Shown here: one piece after another, positions 38,972 to 49,506 of the stretch
Layout of the letters: every line of letters begins with the position of its first letter
Numbering within the stretch: the first letter of the stretch is position 1
From: Felis catus
Taxonomy: Eukaryota
Reading direction: 5' to 3'
Assembly: GCF_018350175.1 (NCBI RefSeq)
Contig: NC_058368.1
Span: 81,594,001 to 81,658,000, forward strand
Length of the DNA stretch: 64,000 bases
The notes under the pieces: generated by a model
Told to the model about the DNA's origin: nothing
Databases searched by the model: none
The model's input: the letters and a program-made list of their open reading frames with translations, nothing else
Program-made: the position numbers and the translations under genes

Positions 38972-39882
38972 TGGGAATGCAAACTGGTGCAGCCACTCTG
39001 GAAAACAGCATGGAGGTTCCTCAAAAAACTAAAAATAGAACTACCCTACGACCCAGCAACTGCACTATTAGGAATTTATCCAAGGGATATAGGTGTGCTG
39101 TTTCAAAGGGACACATGCACCCCCATGTTTATAGCAGCACTATCAACAATAGCCAAAGTATGGAAAGAGCCCAAATGTCCATCGATGGATGAATGGATAA
39201 AGAAGAAGTGGTATATATACATATAATAGAGTATTACTCGGCAATCAAAAAGAACGAAATCTTGCCATTTGCAACTATGTGGATAGAACCGGAGGGTATT
39301 ATGCTAAGTGAAACGAGTCAGTCAGAGAAAGACAAATATCATATGACTTCACTCATATGAGGACTTTAAGATCCAAACAGATGAACATAAGGGAAGGGAA
39401 GCAAAAATAATATAAAAACATGGAGGGGGACAAAACATAAGACACTCTTAAATATGGAGAACAAACTGAGGGTTACTGGAGGGGTTGTGGGAGGGGAGAT
39501 GGGCTAAATGGGGGAGGGGCACTAAGGAATCTACTCCTGAAATCATTGTTGCACTGCATACTAACTAATTTGGATGTAAATTCAAAAACTAAAATTAGAA
39601 AAATAAATAAAATGGGGGCGCCTGGGTGGCGCAGTCGGTTAAGCGTCCAACTTCAGCCAGGTCACGATCTCGCGGTCTGTGAGTTCGAGCCCCGCGTCGG
39701 GCTCTGGGCTGATGGCTCAGAGCCTGGAGCCTGTTTCCGATTCTGTGTCTCCCTCTCTCTCTGCCCCTCCCCTGTTCATCCTCTGTCTCTCTCTGTCCCA
39801 AAAAATAAAATAAAAAACGTTGAAAAAAAAAAATTTAGAAAAATAAATAAAATGTATTAATGATACCTACAAAAAAAAAAAA
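38972..39882 (+). mobile_element. 5'-truncated carnivore L1 (ORF2 end plus 3' UTR) with a SINE nested in its tail
   Basis: Encodes QPLWKTAWRFLKKLKIELPYDPA...WKEPKCPSMDEWIKK; TSD core taactttatc (38962-38971 / 39886-39895). Confidence 0.93.
39615..39834 (+). mobile_element. Young SINEC_Fc
   Basis: Near-consensus; exact 20-bp TSD ttagaaaaataaataaaatg (39595-39614 / 39835-39854). Confidence 0.95.
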
Positions 39883-40574
39883 GAGTAACTTTATCGATGA
39901 GGCAAGATCTGAGATTAAGCTGAAGGGATCGTTTGAGCTAATGACCTAACACTGAATTCAACAAACAGGGTGTTAACTTAGCATTTTATCCTTAAATACA
40001 TAAAACCTAAGGTTTGCCTTACACATATTCTGGGCGACAAGACTTCTTCAAAGTAAGTATCCCAAAGTGAAGCTATCCCAGTCTTGGAGAGTTTGCTTTT
40101 TTGCCTTACCTCAGTGAATCAATGTCCAAAAATAGAAAAGAAAACAGTCTAGAGGAAAATCAATCTGCAAGTCAAGGCCCAATTCTCCGGCCCCACAATT
40201 ATAAATAGGCCCAGATCACACACAGGTCAGACAATCAATAACGAACTGGTGGTACTTTTAGGGACGATTCTGAAAACACAGACGCACACAGTGAATTAGT
40301 GGTGTAATTAAGGACTACTTTAAAAACCCAGTTGCTAGAAACTGCAAACTAAATTATTCTCAAAAAAAAAAGACAAAAGCATTGCAAATCAGAAATTAGG
40401 TTCTAAATTTTAAAAAGATAATTAACCAGTTTGTGGCTTTAACTTTTGTTTTACTTGACAACAATCTTATATATATCACAATAGGACCAGAACTGCAATT
40501 CCTGTCCCAAACTCTGAAGAAAATCAGCTTCAAGTCAACTGGTCACCAGCTGTTTAAAAGGTCAGTATCACCCA

Positions 40575-40793
40575 GAGGCACCTGGGGGGCTCAATCAGTT
40601 AAGCTTCCGACTCTTCTTTTCAGCTCAGGTCATGAGCCCAGGGTTCGTGAGTTCGAGCCCCATGTTGGGCTCTGGGCTGACAGCTCGGAGCCTGGATCCT
40701 GCTTTGGATTCTGTGTCTCCCTCTCTCTCTGTCCCTCCCCGGCTCATGCTCTGTCTCTGTCTGTCTCTCAAAAATAAATATTAAAAAAAAAAG
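40575..40793 (+). mobile_element. CAN-SINE
   Basis: Full element. Confidence 0.92.
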
Positions 40794-41681
40794 AACAACC
40801 ACAGACACAAGATATCCAAATGTATAAAACCACACCATGACTCAAGTCTAGAAAGACAGACAAATCCACCAGAAAAGCAGGCAAAGAACAGGCCCAGCAA
40901 TTGGTAGAATAAAAATAACAAACATGAAAAGCTGGTCAACCTCACTAGGAAGCAGTAGAATGCCTCCAAGACACCGCACCTCACACATTAGAGTAAAAAC
41001 CTTCAACAGAACTGAGTGACAGGAGCGCTGACCAAGCTGGAGAAGGGGGACCCACGGAAGGCCGACTGCGGGGTGGCCTGGCAGGACCGCTCCAGAGCCA
41101 GGAAGGGCAGGATCAAAACTAAAAGACTGCGCTCACTCCCCAACAGCCAGCCATCCCACCTCGCAGGACCGACCTCAGAGGAACTCGTATGTATGCACAG
41201 GGAGACACATGAAAGGGTGTTGTTTTCAATGACATTCAAAAGGTTTACAACTATGAAGACCATCCGTCGGTACAAGACACTACACACAAAGAGGATGTCC
41301 ACCTTTCCTACACATAGTAACAAAGAACGACTCTAACGCAGCCACAGCCGAGCTACAGGCCACACGGAGCAACCCACACAACACCTGCACCTTAGGTGCT
41401 GCCCGTGTGCACCAGAGGCTCCCCAAAACCACTCTCGACAGTCGGCTCTGCCGCCATGCTGGTTTAAAAAGCCACTGGTCCCAGCACAACTGGTCTATGA
41501 GGAAACACCGGGACCATAACACGAATCTCATGACTGTTCACATCAAGTTCATCCACAAAAAACTAGGTGAAAACAGGAGCCCAGCCTTCTGCTACACCAC
41601 AGGTGAGCCCCACACCCACAAGCCCACATCAGGGCGTCTACAGGGTAAATGCCATGCTCACTCTAGAATGTACGGAGGGCT

Positions 41682-41889
41682 GGGGCACCTGGTGGGCTCA
41701 GTCAGTGAAGTGTCTGACTTCGGCTCAGGTCATGATCTCACGGTCCGTGAGTTCAAGCCCTGTGTCGGGCTCTGTACCGACAGCTTGGAGCCTGGAACCT
41801 GCTTCGGATTCTGTGTCTCTCTCTCTGCCCCTCCACTGCTCGTGTGCTCTCGCGCTCTCTCTCTCAAAAATAAATGTTAAAGAAAAAAA
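41682..41889 (+). mobile_element. CAN-SINE
   Basis: Degenerate 20-bp TSD tctagaatgtacggagggct / tctaggatgcacggtgggct. Confidence 0.93.
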
Positions 41890-42470
41890 TCTAGGATGCA
41901 CGGTGGGCTTAACCACTGAACGTGTGTCAACAGCACTACAACTTCTGTGAAGTTCCTGTCCTTTCCTAATGTGATGTACCCGAGGTTTTGAGGGTGCAGC
42001 CCCTCATTCCACTCTTTGTCAGAGGACCTATGGTTTGTGCTGCGTGACTTGCACAGCACAGTGGCTTTTAGGAGCACACACGCCGCCTCATGGCAGAACC
42101 AACTGTGCTTCCAACAGGCACACAGCACACACACCCATTAAAAGTGCCAGGGCCTCAGTAAGTGACCTGGCAAAGTGACAGAGCGTGCGATACCGCACCA
42201 CACGAGGACTAACACGGGACACCTAGGTCTGGCTTTGCCGCAAACCTGGCCAGGGGATTTGGCCTTCTGACTTTCCCACCATCAAAACTGGGATGATAAT
42301 CTCCGACGGACCCCAGGCGGCTCTGTCGCTCAGAGGTTAACTGGTTTTCAAAGCACCGCACAAAACACGCACGGCATTCGTGCAGTGCGGTGGCGTTACA
42401 GTCGAGAGGAAACAGTTCCCAGGGAGAAAAACTCAAGAGAGTAGCCGGAGACTCGAACGGCGCTCCTTAC

Positions 42471-42637
42471 TTCGTGGTACGTGTCCTCGAGCTCCCCGTC
42501 GTATATCCAGCGGTACAGGAAACTCAGCACAGGATGTGACACTAAGCTGAGAATGTGCTGCACCAGGGACCTCACGTACGGGTCCCCCGTCTTCGTGTAC
42601 GCGTGGACGGCAGAGGCCAGCTCACCTCCTTTCCTCC
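42471..42637 (-). CDS. TUBGCP3: TUBGCP3 exon 11 (167 nt): (G)[23 protein letters not shown]...GELEDTYHE
   Basis: Acceptor ccccag, donor GTAAGG. Confidence 0.96.
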
Positions 42638-42826
42638 CTGGGGGACACATGCAAAACACCCAAATTACACTCCCGGCTGAGACCAGGTCATCGAGATGCA
42701 GTGTTCCCTGGCTACCATCTGGGACTGAGGAGTGGCAGTTAACGTGTTGAGGAACAGAGAGAGCACCAGCCTGCCCCAGGCTTCATGAGTCAGAGCAAGG
42801 CATTCCACTACCTCTGCACAGCCACT

Positions 42827-43106
42827 GCGGGGTTTTTCAAGAGCAACACCCCTGACTCGTTACTCAAGCTGGAACATGAATTGTCACCTCTTCTGACCAA
42901 GACACGCATTAAGACTCACACTTTATACTGCAGTCAGGGATATAAACACATATAGAAAATATGAAAGTTTTACAAAACAGTACTTGCACTTTAATGCTTC
43001 CTATTTTCTTCCTTTCCTCCTTTAGTACAACACGCTAGTCTCGGCTTACCAAACTCATCTTACAACCCCATTAAGTGGCTAGAACTCCCATTCTGAAAAA
43101 TCCTGC
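42827..43106. mobile_element. hAT-Charlie-like MITE remnant
   Basis: Imperfect terminal inverted repeats gcggggtttttca / tgaaaaatcctgc (11/13 match). Confidence 0.55.
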
Positions 43107-44204
43107 CACGGTGAAGAGTCCCGGGCCCAGGGAGCACAGCTCAGGATGAAGCACTGGCAGTGGCAAATATCAGGCCCCAAAACACAAACACAGAAAGTTT
43201 CTTACGGTAAGAATTCAGGATTTGATTAGGTTGCTGAAAGATTTTCAGGAAGGTCTAATGTGACCCGATGTTACTTAGATGCTCCTGGCAGGAGCACACA
43301 CAGCTGCCCGAGGGAGGGGCAGAGATGTCAGAAGGAGCTGGAAGTCCAGGACACGAGGGACTCAGTGCACACAGAAAGGGGTGGGGACTGGGGAGAGAGA
43401 CAGAGGAAGAGTCTAGAAGGAATCCACATGGGGGTGCTCATCATCTGAGAAAAGACACATATTTTGCCTGACTGCTTTCTCTTTTTGAGGGGAGGTGGCA
43501 GGAAGTAGAGGAGGCAGGGCACGGACAGCTTGGCGAACTCAGACCACACATGCTGGAGTCCCGGCCCCTGTGCTCACACAGACAGAAGAGGGTGGCAGCG
43601 GACACAGGGCCGTGACCTAGGGGCGGACCCTCAGCTTCTCCCACCTCACTCAGTTCTCACAATCCTAAGAGGAGGCCATTGACGCCCCAGCATTACAGAG
43701 AAGAAAAGACAAAGAGGTTCTTGGTCAAGGTAGCTCCAACAGAGAGAAAAAATGTTCAGAAGGCAGGTAGAAATGCAGAGCCAGAGCCTGGGAGAGGCCC
43801 CAGCCACACAGGCAAACTGGAGGACTTGTAACACCTAGCTTGTGGACCCAGACCTGGGCCGTAACCTCGGGAGGAGGAAACCCCCAGGGAAGGCTGCTGG
43901 GCCAGAGACAAGTAAAAGGGGCTTAGAGATGAACAGTTACAAAACCAAGAACCACAAAATGCTTACAAACTAGACACCCTCTCCTTTCTTCCCTCATTTC
44001 AATGAACTACTAAGCTTCCACAAACATAAATATGGGGCCATGTCAGCAACTGGTGACTTTCCCTATAAGTGATCTACGCACTTGTACGTAATCTGCACAT
44101 TTATGGCTGTCAAGGATACACGAGAGCAGGCACGCAAATGACCGCAGATGAAATTCTCTAAAACCTGCTTTGAAATAAAGCAGGTCCATGAGACTCAAAA
44201 CAAC

Positions 44205-44337
44205 CTTGGCAGTGGTCCACTAGGGCCGCGAGAGTCTTCAGTCTTATCTTGGGGTCGTACGTCCAAACCAGGAGGCGCCGGAGCGTCAAGCTACTCTCAA
44301 GGCCCAAGTTCACCCCCTGATCATCCTCTAACTGTAG
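44205..44337 (-). CDS. TUBGCP3: TUBGCP3 exon 10 (133 nt): [44 protein letters not shown]
   Basis: Acceptor ttttcag, weak donor GTTGTT. Confidence 0.95.
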
Positions 44338-44508
44338 CTGAAAAACAACAAAGACGTAACATGTAAACACAAGTCACCAAATATGTCCACCATTTCTTAA
44401 TCCACGGAAGTCAGCATGGGGAGTGGATTATTCTCATAAAACGAAGCGACAGGTCCCCTCAGAGAACAATAGTTTCTTCAAGCCACTAGTCATCGGTTGA
44501 AATGGTAG

Positions 44509-44541
44509 ATCACTTCTCAGCCTCTTGGCTAAGATCAAGTG
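44509..44541 (+). pseudogene. 3'-truncated (tailless) U2 snRNA retropseudogene, U2 nt 1-33
   Basis: atcacttctcagcctcttggctaagatcaagtg versus U2 5' end ATCGCTTCTCGGCCTTTTGGCTAAGATCAAGTG: 30/33 identical, two mismatches being CpG decay; flanked by direct repeat tgaaatggtag (44498-44508 / 44540-44550). Confidence 0.9.
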
Positions 44542-44744
44542 AAATGGTAGACAGAATTCTGAAAATCAGCATTAATTGCCTCTCGAATACACTGAAACTC
44601 CATGGGTATCGAGACCTCACGAACAGCATTAGCAAACATTTTTATCTTTTAAAAGTAATTACAAAGAAACTTAAAAGCTCTATATAGTTGCAATTTTGTA
44701 TGATGGCAAATCAGGAAGAAATTAAAATACAAGCAAAGCATTAC

Positions 44745-44813
44745 CTGGGAATGTAAGACAGACAGCAATCGGTAGTATTCCTTCAGTTCCTGATGCAAGG
44801 CCGCGCAAAAGCT
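44745..44813 (-). CDS. TUBGCP3: TUBGCP3 exon 9 (69 nt): [23 protein letters not shown]
   Basis: Acceptor cacgcag, donor GTAATG. Confidence 0.96.
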
Positions 44814-45124
44814 CTGCGTGGGAAAAAGCAGGCGTTGTGAACACACAGCACAGCCCTCACGCGCCAGCGCATCTGATCACCACAGGCTCAGCGCTGGACC
44901 ACGACTGGTACATTCTGCTGGTTTAAGTTCTGCTTCTGCCAGGGGCCTGCCGGCGGCTTTACCCACCAGCATGGCCATAGTTCATCCCACAAGGGGGGTG
45001 TTCTCCCCCAGCACGAGCTTTGCAGTTGGAAAATCAGATTACAGCTAAACGTATATTCACTTTGACAATGATCTTTTAATATTATATCCCCTCTAAATCT
45101 TTAGAGTTAAAATGTCATTTTCTC

Positions 45125-45308
45125 GGGGGCACCTGAGGGGTTCGTCTGACTCTTGATTTCAGCTCAGCTCAGGTCATGATCTCAAGGTTTCTGAGTTCAA
45201 GCCCCGAGTAGGGCTCTGTATTGACTGTGCAGGGCCTGCTTGGGATTCTTTCTCTCCCTCACTCTCTGCATTCACACTCTTTCTCTCAGAAATAAATAAA
45301 ACATTTTT
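45125..45308 (+). mobile_element. CAN-SINE
   Basis: TSD aaaatgt(c/a)attttctc. Confidence 0.9.
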
Positions 45309-45467
45309 AAAAATGTAATTTTCTCTGTTTTTAATTAGAATTTAAAAACTGGCAACTCCATGCCAGTTTCTCCCAATTTTTCAGTGTTGTTTGTACCGCT
45401 CATTTTCCACACCCATGTTATTAAAAACTTCTTTGTATTTCTAGGATCTTAAATACAGAAAAGGTGA

Positions 45468-45665
45468 GGGGCGCCTGGGTGGCTCAATCGGTTGAGCAAC
45501 CGACCTCAACTCAGGTCATGATCTCTCAGTTCCTGAGTTCAAGCCCTGCGTCGGGCTCTGTGCTGACAGCTCAGAGCCTGGAGCCTATTTCCGATTCTGT
45601 GTCTCCCTCGCTCTCTGCCCCTCCCCCGCTCACTCTGTCTCTCTCTCTCAAATAAATTTTTTTTA
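45468..45665 (+). mobile_element. CAN-SINE
   Basis: Full element; degenerate TSD aaatacagaaaaggtg / aaatactaaaaagatg. Confidence 0.93.
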
Positions 45666-46139
45666 AAAATACTAAAAAGATGTCAAACCAGAATCTGTAA
45701 GAAAGACCATCACACAGTCCTGTGACAAAAACTTTCTAGAATGAACCCTAGAATGTAAACCCAGAGACCTCAGGGGGAAGAACCTGCAAAGGATAAAACC
45801 TCTTCTCTTTAAATATCAGGTTCCACACTGTTCTGAGTATCTTAAAGTGATACACCATCAGTCATCTGCAGGTTTATGTTAATGCATTTATGTATTCTGT
45901 GCTCACACTCCACCAACAGCTACCGTGAACCATGTGTGGTACTGGGTTATCTCTGTCAATACTCACCGTGGTCTCTATTTTCTCGAGTGGACCACGATGG
46001 CTCCAGTGTTGCAGTATCAAAACTTCCTCACTTAAAAAGAACCCTCTTTTCAAGAATTACTTTCATAGTAAGATTCTAGGTAGACTAAGCACTCCCCAAA
46101 ATGAAGGCATCCTAAATGTTGTGGTAACAACAAACATAC

Positions 46140-46265
46140 CTGACCCACAAGTCCAAACGAACGGTCTAGACTCCTCTGGTCAGTGTATTTTCTGATTTTG
46201 TTATGCAACCATCCCAACTCAGCAAGTCTGACTGTCGTATCCCTCAAAGATTTACTTAGGTTTGC
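46140..46265 (-). CDS. TUBGCP3: TUBGCP3 exon 8 (126 nt): [42 protein letters not shown]
   Basis: Acceptor tttttag, donor GTATGT. Confidence 0.96.
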
Positions 46266-47000
46266 CTAAAAAGTAAATATATCAAGAGTTAAAAATTAAC
46301 AGTAGAATTTCAATTGCTTTTCTAAACCATTTGCACTTTTAGTGTCCTAATGCTTAGGCCCCAACACATGGCACTTACAAGTAACGAATGCACCACCACC
46401 AAAACAGAACAACGAGAGTCTGGGAAACAAGGGCAGCAGGTGCCAGCAAGGAAGGGAAGTAGAACCTCTCTCTGCAAGTGTAAGGCTCAAGCAGCATCAC
46501 CCTGAGACGTAGCTGGCCAGCTTCCCGGCACGGCAGGGGCCCTGTGACGTCAGCCACATCCTAGAATGGCCGGGACTTGCAAAAGACCGCGACATCAACA
46601 CGAAAGGGCCGTGGGGAAGAAGGTTCCAGAAGGGGAAAGCAGGCAAGTGGAGGCACCTTATCCGGAATGGTGTACCAACTGCAGAGATGCCGAGTGTACC
46701 CGCCCCTCGGGTGCCTCGACACCACCATCACCAAGAGCAGGAGTCAGCTCGTGGGTGGCTGCATCCGTGAACACGAGAAGACACGGAAGGAGAAGCAAGC
46801 AAGGTCTCAGCAAAAGCACCAGAGCCACAAGCCCACGGGGAGGCAGACCCGTGTGCCCAACCGGCACACCGGCTCTGGGGGTCCAGTACCCCAAGTGCAC
46901 CTGTCGCCCCTACAGGTTAACAGCTCCCGGCCGGCTGTACCGACACCCGTCTTTCCTGCCTGAACACCTCACACCTCACACGGGGGGCCGGTAACTGTAC

Positions 47001-47119
47001 CTTCGCCTCTACTTTGTAGCGGTTCTCCACGCTGTCCATCTTGACGTGCTTGCCATCTATGCCCTGGAAGACGTACACAATGTCCCGCACAAGGGCCGCC
47101 TCCGTAACTTCCCCAGCAC
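47001..47119 (-). CDS. TUBGCP3: TUBGCP3 exon 7 (119 nt): (G)[39 protein letters not shown]
   Basis: Acceptor tttcag, donor GTACAG; approximately the start of the GRIP1 domain. Confidence 0.96.
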
Positions 47120-47294
47120 CTGAAACATGGGTTTTGTAAGAGGAATTACTGAACAACACATTTTAAGATGGAATCTATTTTATACCACACCTAGTTTTAC
47201 ATTACGTGTTTCAACCAGGAGAAAATTTTAAAATTAAAAAAAAATGAGCTTAAGATGGAAAAAGTATGAAGTCCTAAAAACCAAGAGTTTTCTT

Positions 47295-47524
47295 TCTTTT
47301 TAATTTTTAATTTTTTTTTTTCAACGTTTATTTATTTTGGGGACAGAGAGAGACAGAGCATGAACGGGGGAGGGGCAGAGAGAGAGGGAGACACAGAATC
47401 GGAAACAGGCTCCAGGCTCCGAGCCATCAGCCCAGAGCCTGACGCGGGGCTCGAACTCACGGACCGCGAGATCGTGACCTGGCTGAAGTCGGACGCTTAA
47501 CCGACTGCGCCACCCAGGCGCCCC
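47295..47524 (-). mobile_element. Very young SINEC_Fc
   Basis: CpGs almost all intact; TSD ccaagagttttctt on both sides. Confidence 0.96.
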
Positions 47525-47600
47525 AAGAGTTTTCTTAAAAAGATATGGAGATCATAGAATTTGTTATACAAAAAGTCTTTAGAAATTTTTTAAAAAAGCA

Positions 47601-47720
47601 GGGGTGCCTGGGTGGCTCAGTTGGTTAAGTGTCCAACTCTTGATCTCAGTTCCAGTCTTGACCTCACAGTCATGAGTTCAAGCCTCGAACTGGGCTCCGC
47701 ATTGTGGCGTGAAGCCGATT
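47601..47720 (+). mobile_element. Short tRNA-like CAN-SINE
   Basis: ggggtgcctgggtggctcagttggttaag head; lacks the CT tract. Confidence 0.85.
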
Positions 47721-48079
47721 TCACAACCAATCACAAAGGGATGGGTAATTATTTCATAGACGGCGTTTGTGAAAATTTATTTCACGGCATGAGTATGAAC
47801 TTGGTTCCATTCTCAATCACATAAAAAGAAGCGAATACGATGGAAAAGTTATGATTTCCATAAACTTTGGAACAAAAGCTAAGTCAGAATTTAGGTGTTA
47901 CTCAACGACAAAGAGGCAATGCTCAGAAACCCAAGACATCGATGGGAGGAAAAATGTAATGAGTACACAGTCAGGGCCCAGCACTCCCAGAACCAGGGTA
48001 GTGAGTCAGAAGGTAAGGACAGGTACGTACTTCAGTTGTGGGGATAATATTCCATAAATATCAACGCCACCAAACTACG

Positions 48080-48660
48080 GGTAATATTGTTCAAATGTTA
48101 TCTACCTGTCGTTACTGACTACTTTGTCTGCCTTTTCCATCAGTTACTAAGAGAGAGAAATTGAAATATCCAACTGTAATTGTGGGTCTGTTTTCTTTGT
48201 AGGTCTGTTGGTTTTCCACTGTGCATCTGAAGCTGTTGGTAGGTGAATACACATTTAGGAGCATTATTCCTTCCTGAAGAACTGACCCTTTCCCTGTTAG
48301 GAAACATCCCTCTGCCCTGATGACACTCCTACGGTGTCTACTCTGACAGTGAGGGAGCAGCCCGTCTTCCCATGGTTAAATACAAGATGCGTGTTTCCAT
48401 CCATTTACTGCCAACCTATTTGTGTCTCTATATTTGGAATATATCTCTTTCGAGCAGTACATAATGGTCTAAATGTAATTTTTTAAAAACTAAATGAAGT
48501 GTGTAATCTATACACATTTAATGTGACTACAGACGTGTTTGATTTAAACTCCCTGCATTGCAGTATGTTTCCTATTTATTGCCTGTTCTTTCTTCCTTTG
48601 CACCTCCTCTCCTGCTCTTTGGGACTGATCAAGTACACTGTGAAGTCGTTTTATCTGTGA
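48080..48660 (-). mobile_element. Ancient L1 ORF2 (endonuclease region) remnant
   Basis: ttgaaatatccaactgtaattgtgg...ctgttggtaggtgaatacacatttagga motifs. Confidence 0.7.
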
Positions 48661-49333
48661 GCTCTGTGTGTCACGCAGGCTTGAAGGCCCTGGTAGGGGC
48701 CAGGAGTCACAGCAAACAAGGAGGAGCAGTGAGGGGCACTCTTGCTGTCTGGAAGCCAGCCGCCCAGTCACAGTGTCCCCCCCACCCCCACCCCAGCTGT
48801 CAGGGTTACACGACGGACCCAGGTAGGAAGTGTGGCTGCACGGGCTGGGCTGTGCACTCTGGGCTGTGTTCCCAGGTCCACACAAGACACACCTGGTCCT
48901 CACATTCTGTACAAGAAGAGAGAGCAGCAGGGGGAGCAGGCGGGAGGGTGGCAGGAGGGATTATAGAATCTGCGGATTATGAGCCAACAACGAAGCCCAT
49001 TCCTCTATTCTCGGAAGCATTCCAAACACTGCTATTTGAAAGGCTCTTGGGAAAGAAATGCAAACTTTCTTTTACGATCTAGCAGAGCTCTAAAACTCTC
49101 AGCAAGGTGTCTGTTTAACCATCAAATAAATCTTCAGTGCGTTTCTCCAATGTCCCAGGCACTGCCCGACTTGCTGAGGCATCACGGACCATACTTAGGA
49201 CTCTGAAGTTCTCATCATGAGAACAAGCCGGCCCTCAATGGTTGTAAGCAGGGCCTCGACAGTGTTTTCAAACACGGGAAGCACAAAATCTAGATTGCAA
49301 AGAAAACCCACGTTAGGATCTATCCTTACTCAC

Positions 49334-49506
49334 CACTGGCATCCCCTTCCCTCCTTGGTCTTGTCACGTTGCGAGAAACAGTGTTTGGGAGACCTTTTGA
49401 GGTAGTGGTTTGTGAAGAAGGCTGGTTTGCAGTTAAAGTCCATGCAAGACGTGACCCCAACTGCTGCCGAAGACAGTCTCCAACTCCGGGAGTGTGATGA
49501 GGCTGT
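49334..49506 (-). CDS. TUBGCP3: TUBGCP3 exon 6 (173 nt): [22 protein letters not shown]...RREGDAS
   Basis: Acceptor ttttag, donor GTGAGT; within ORF 49326..49526. Confidence 0.95.

Noticed and set aside
38977..39226. ORF with L1 ORF2 C-terminal similarity
   Set aside because: Part of a 5'-truncated L1; cannot encode a functional ORF2
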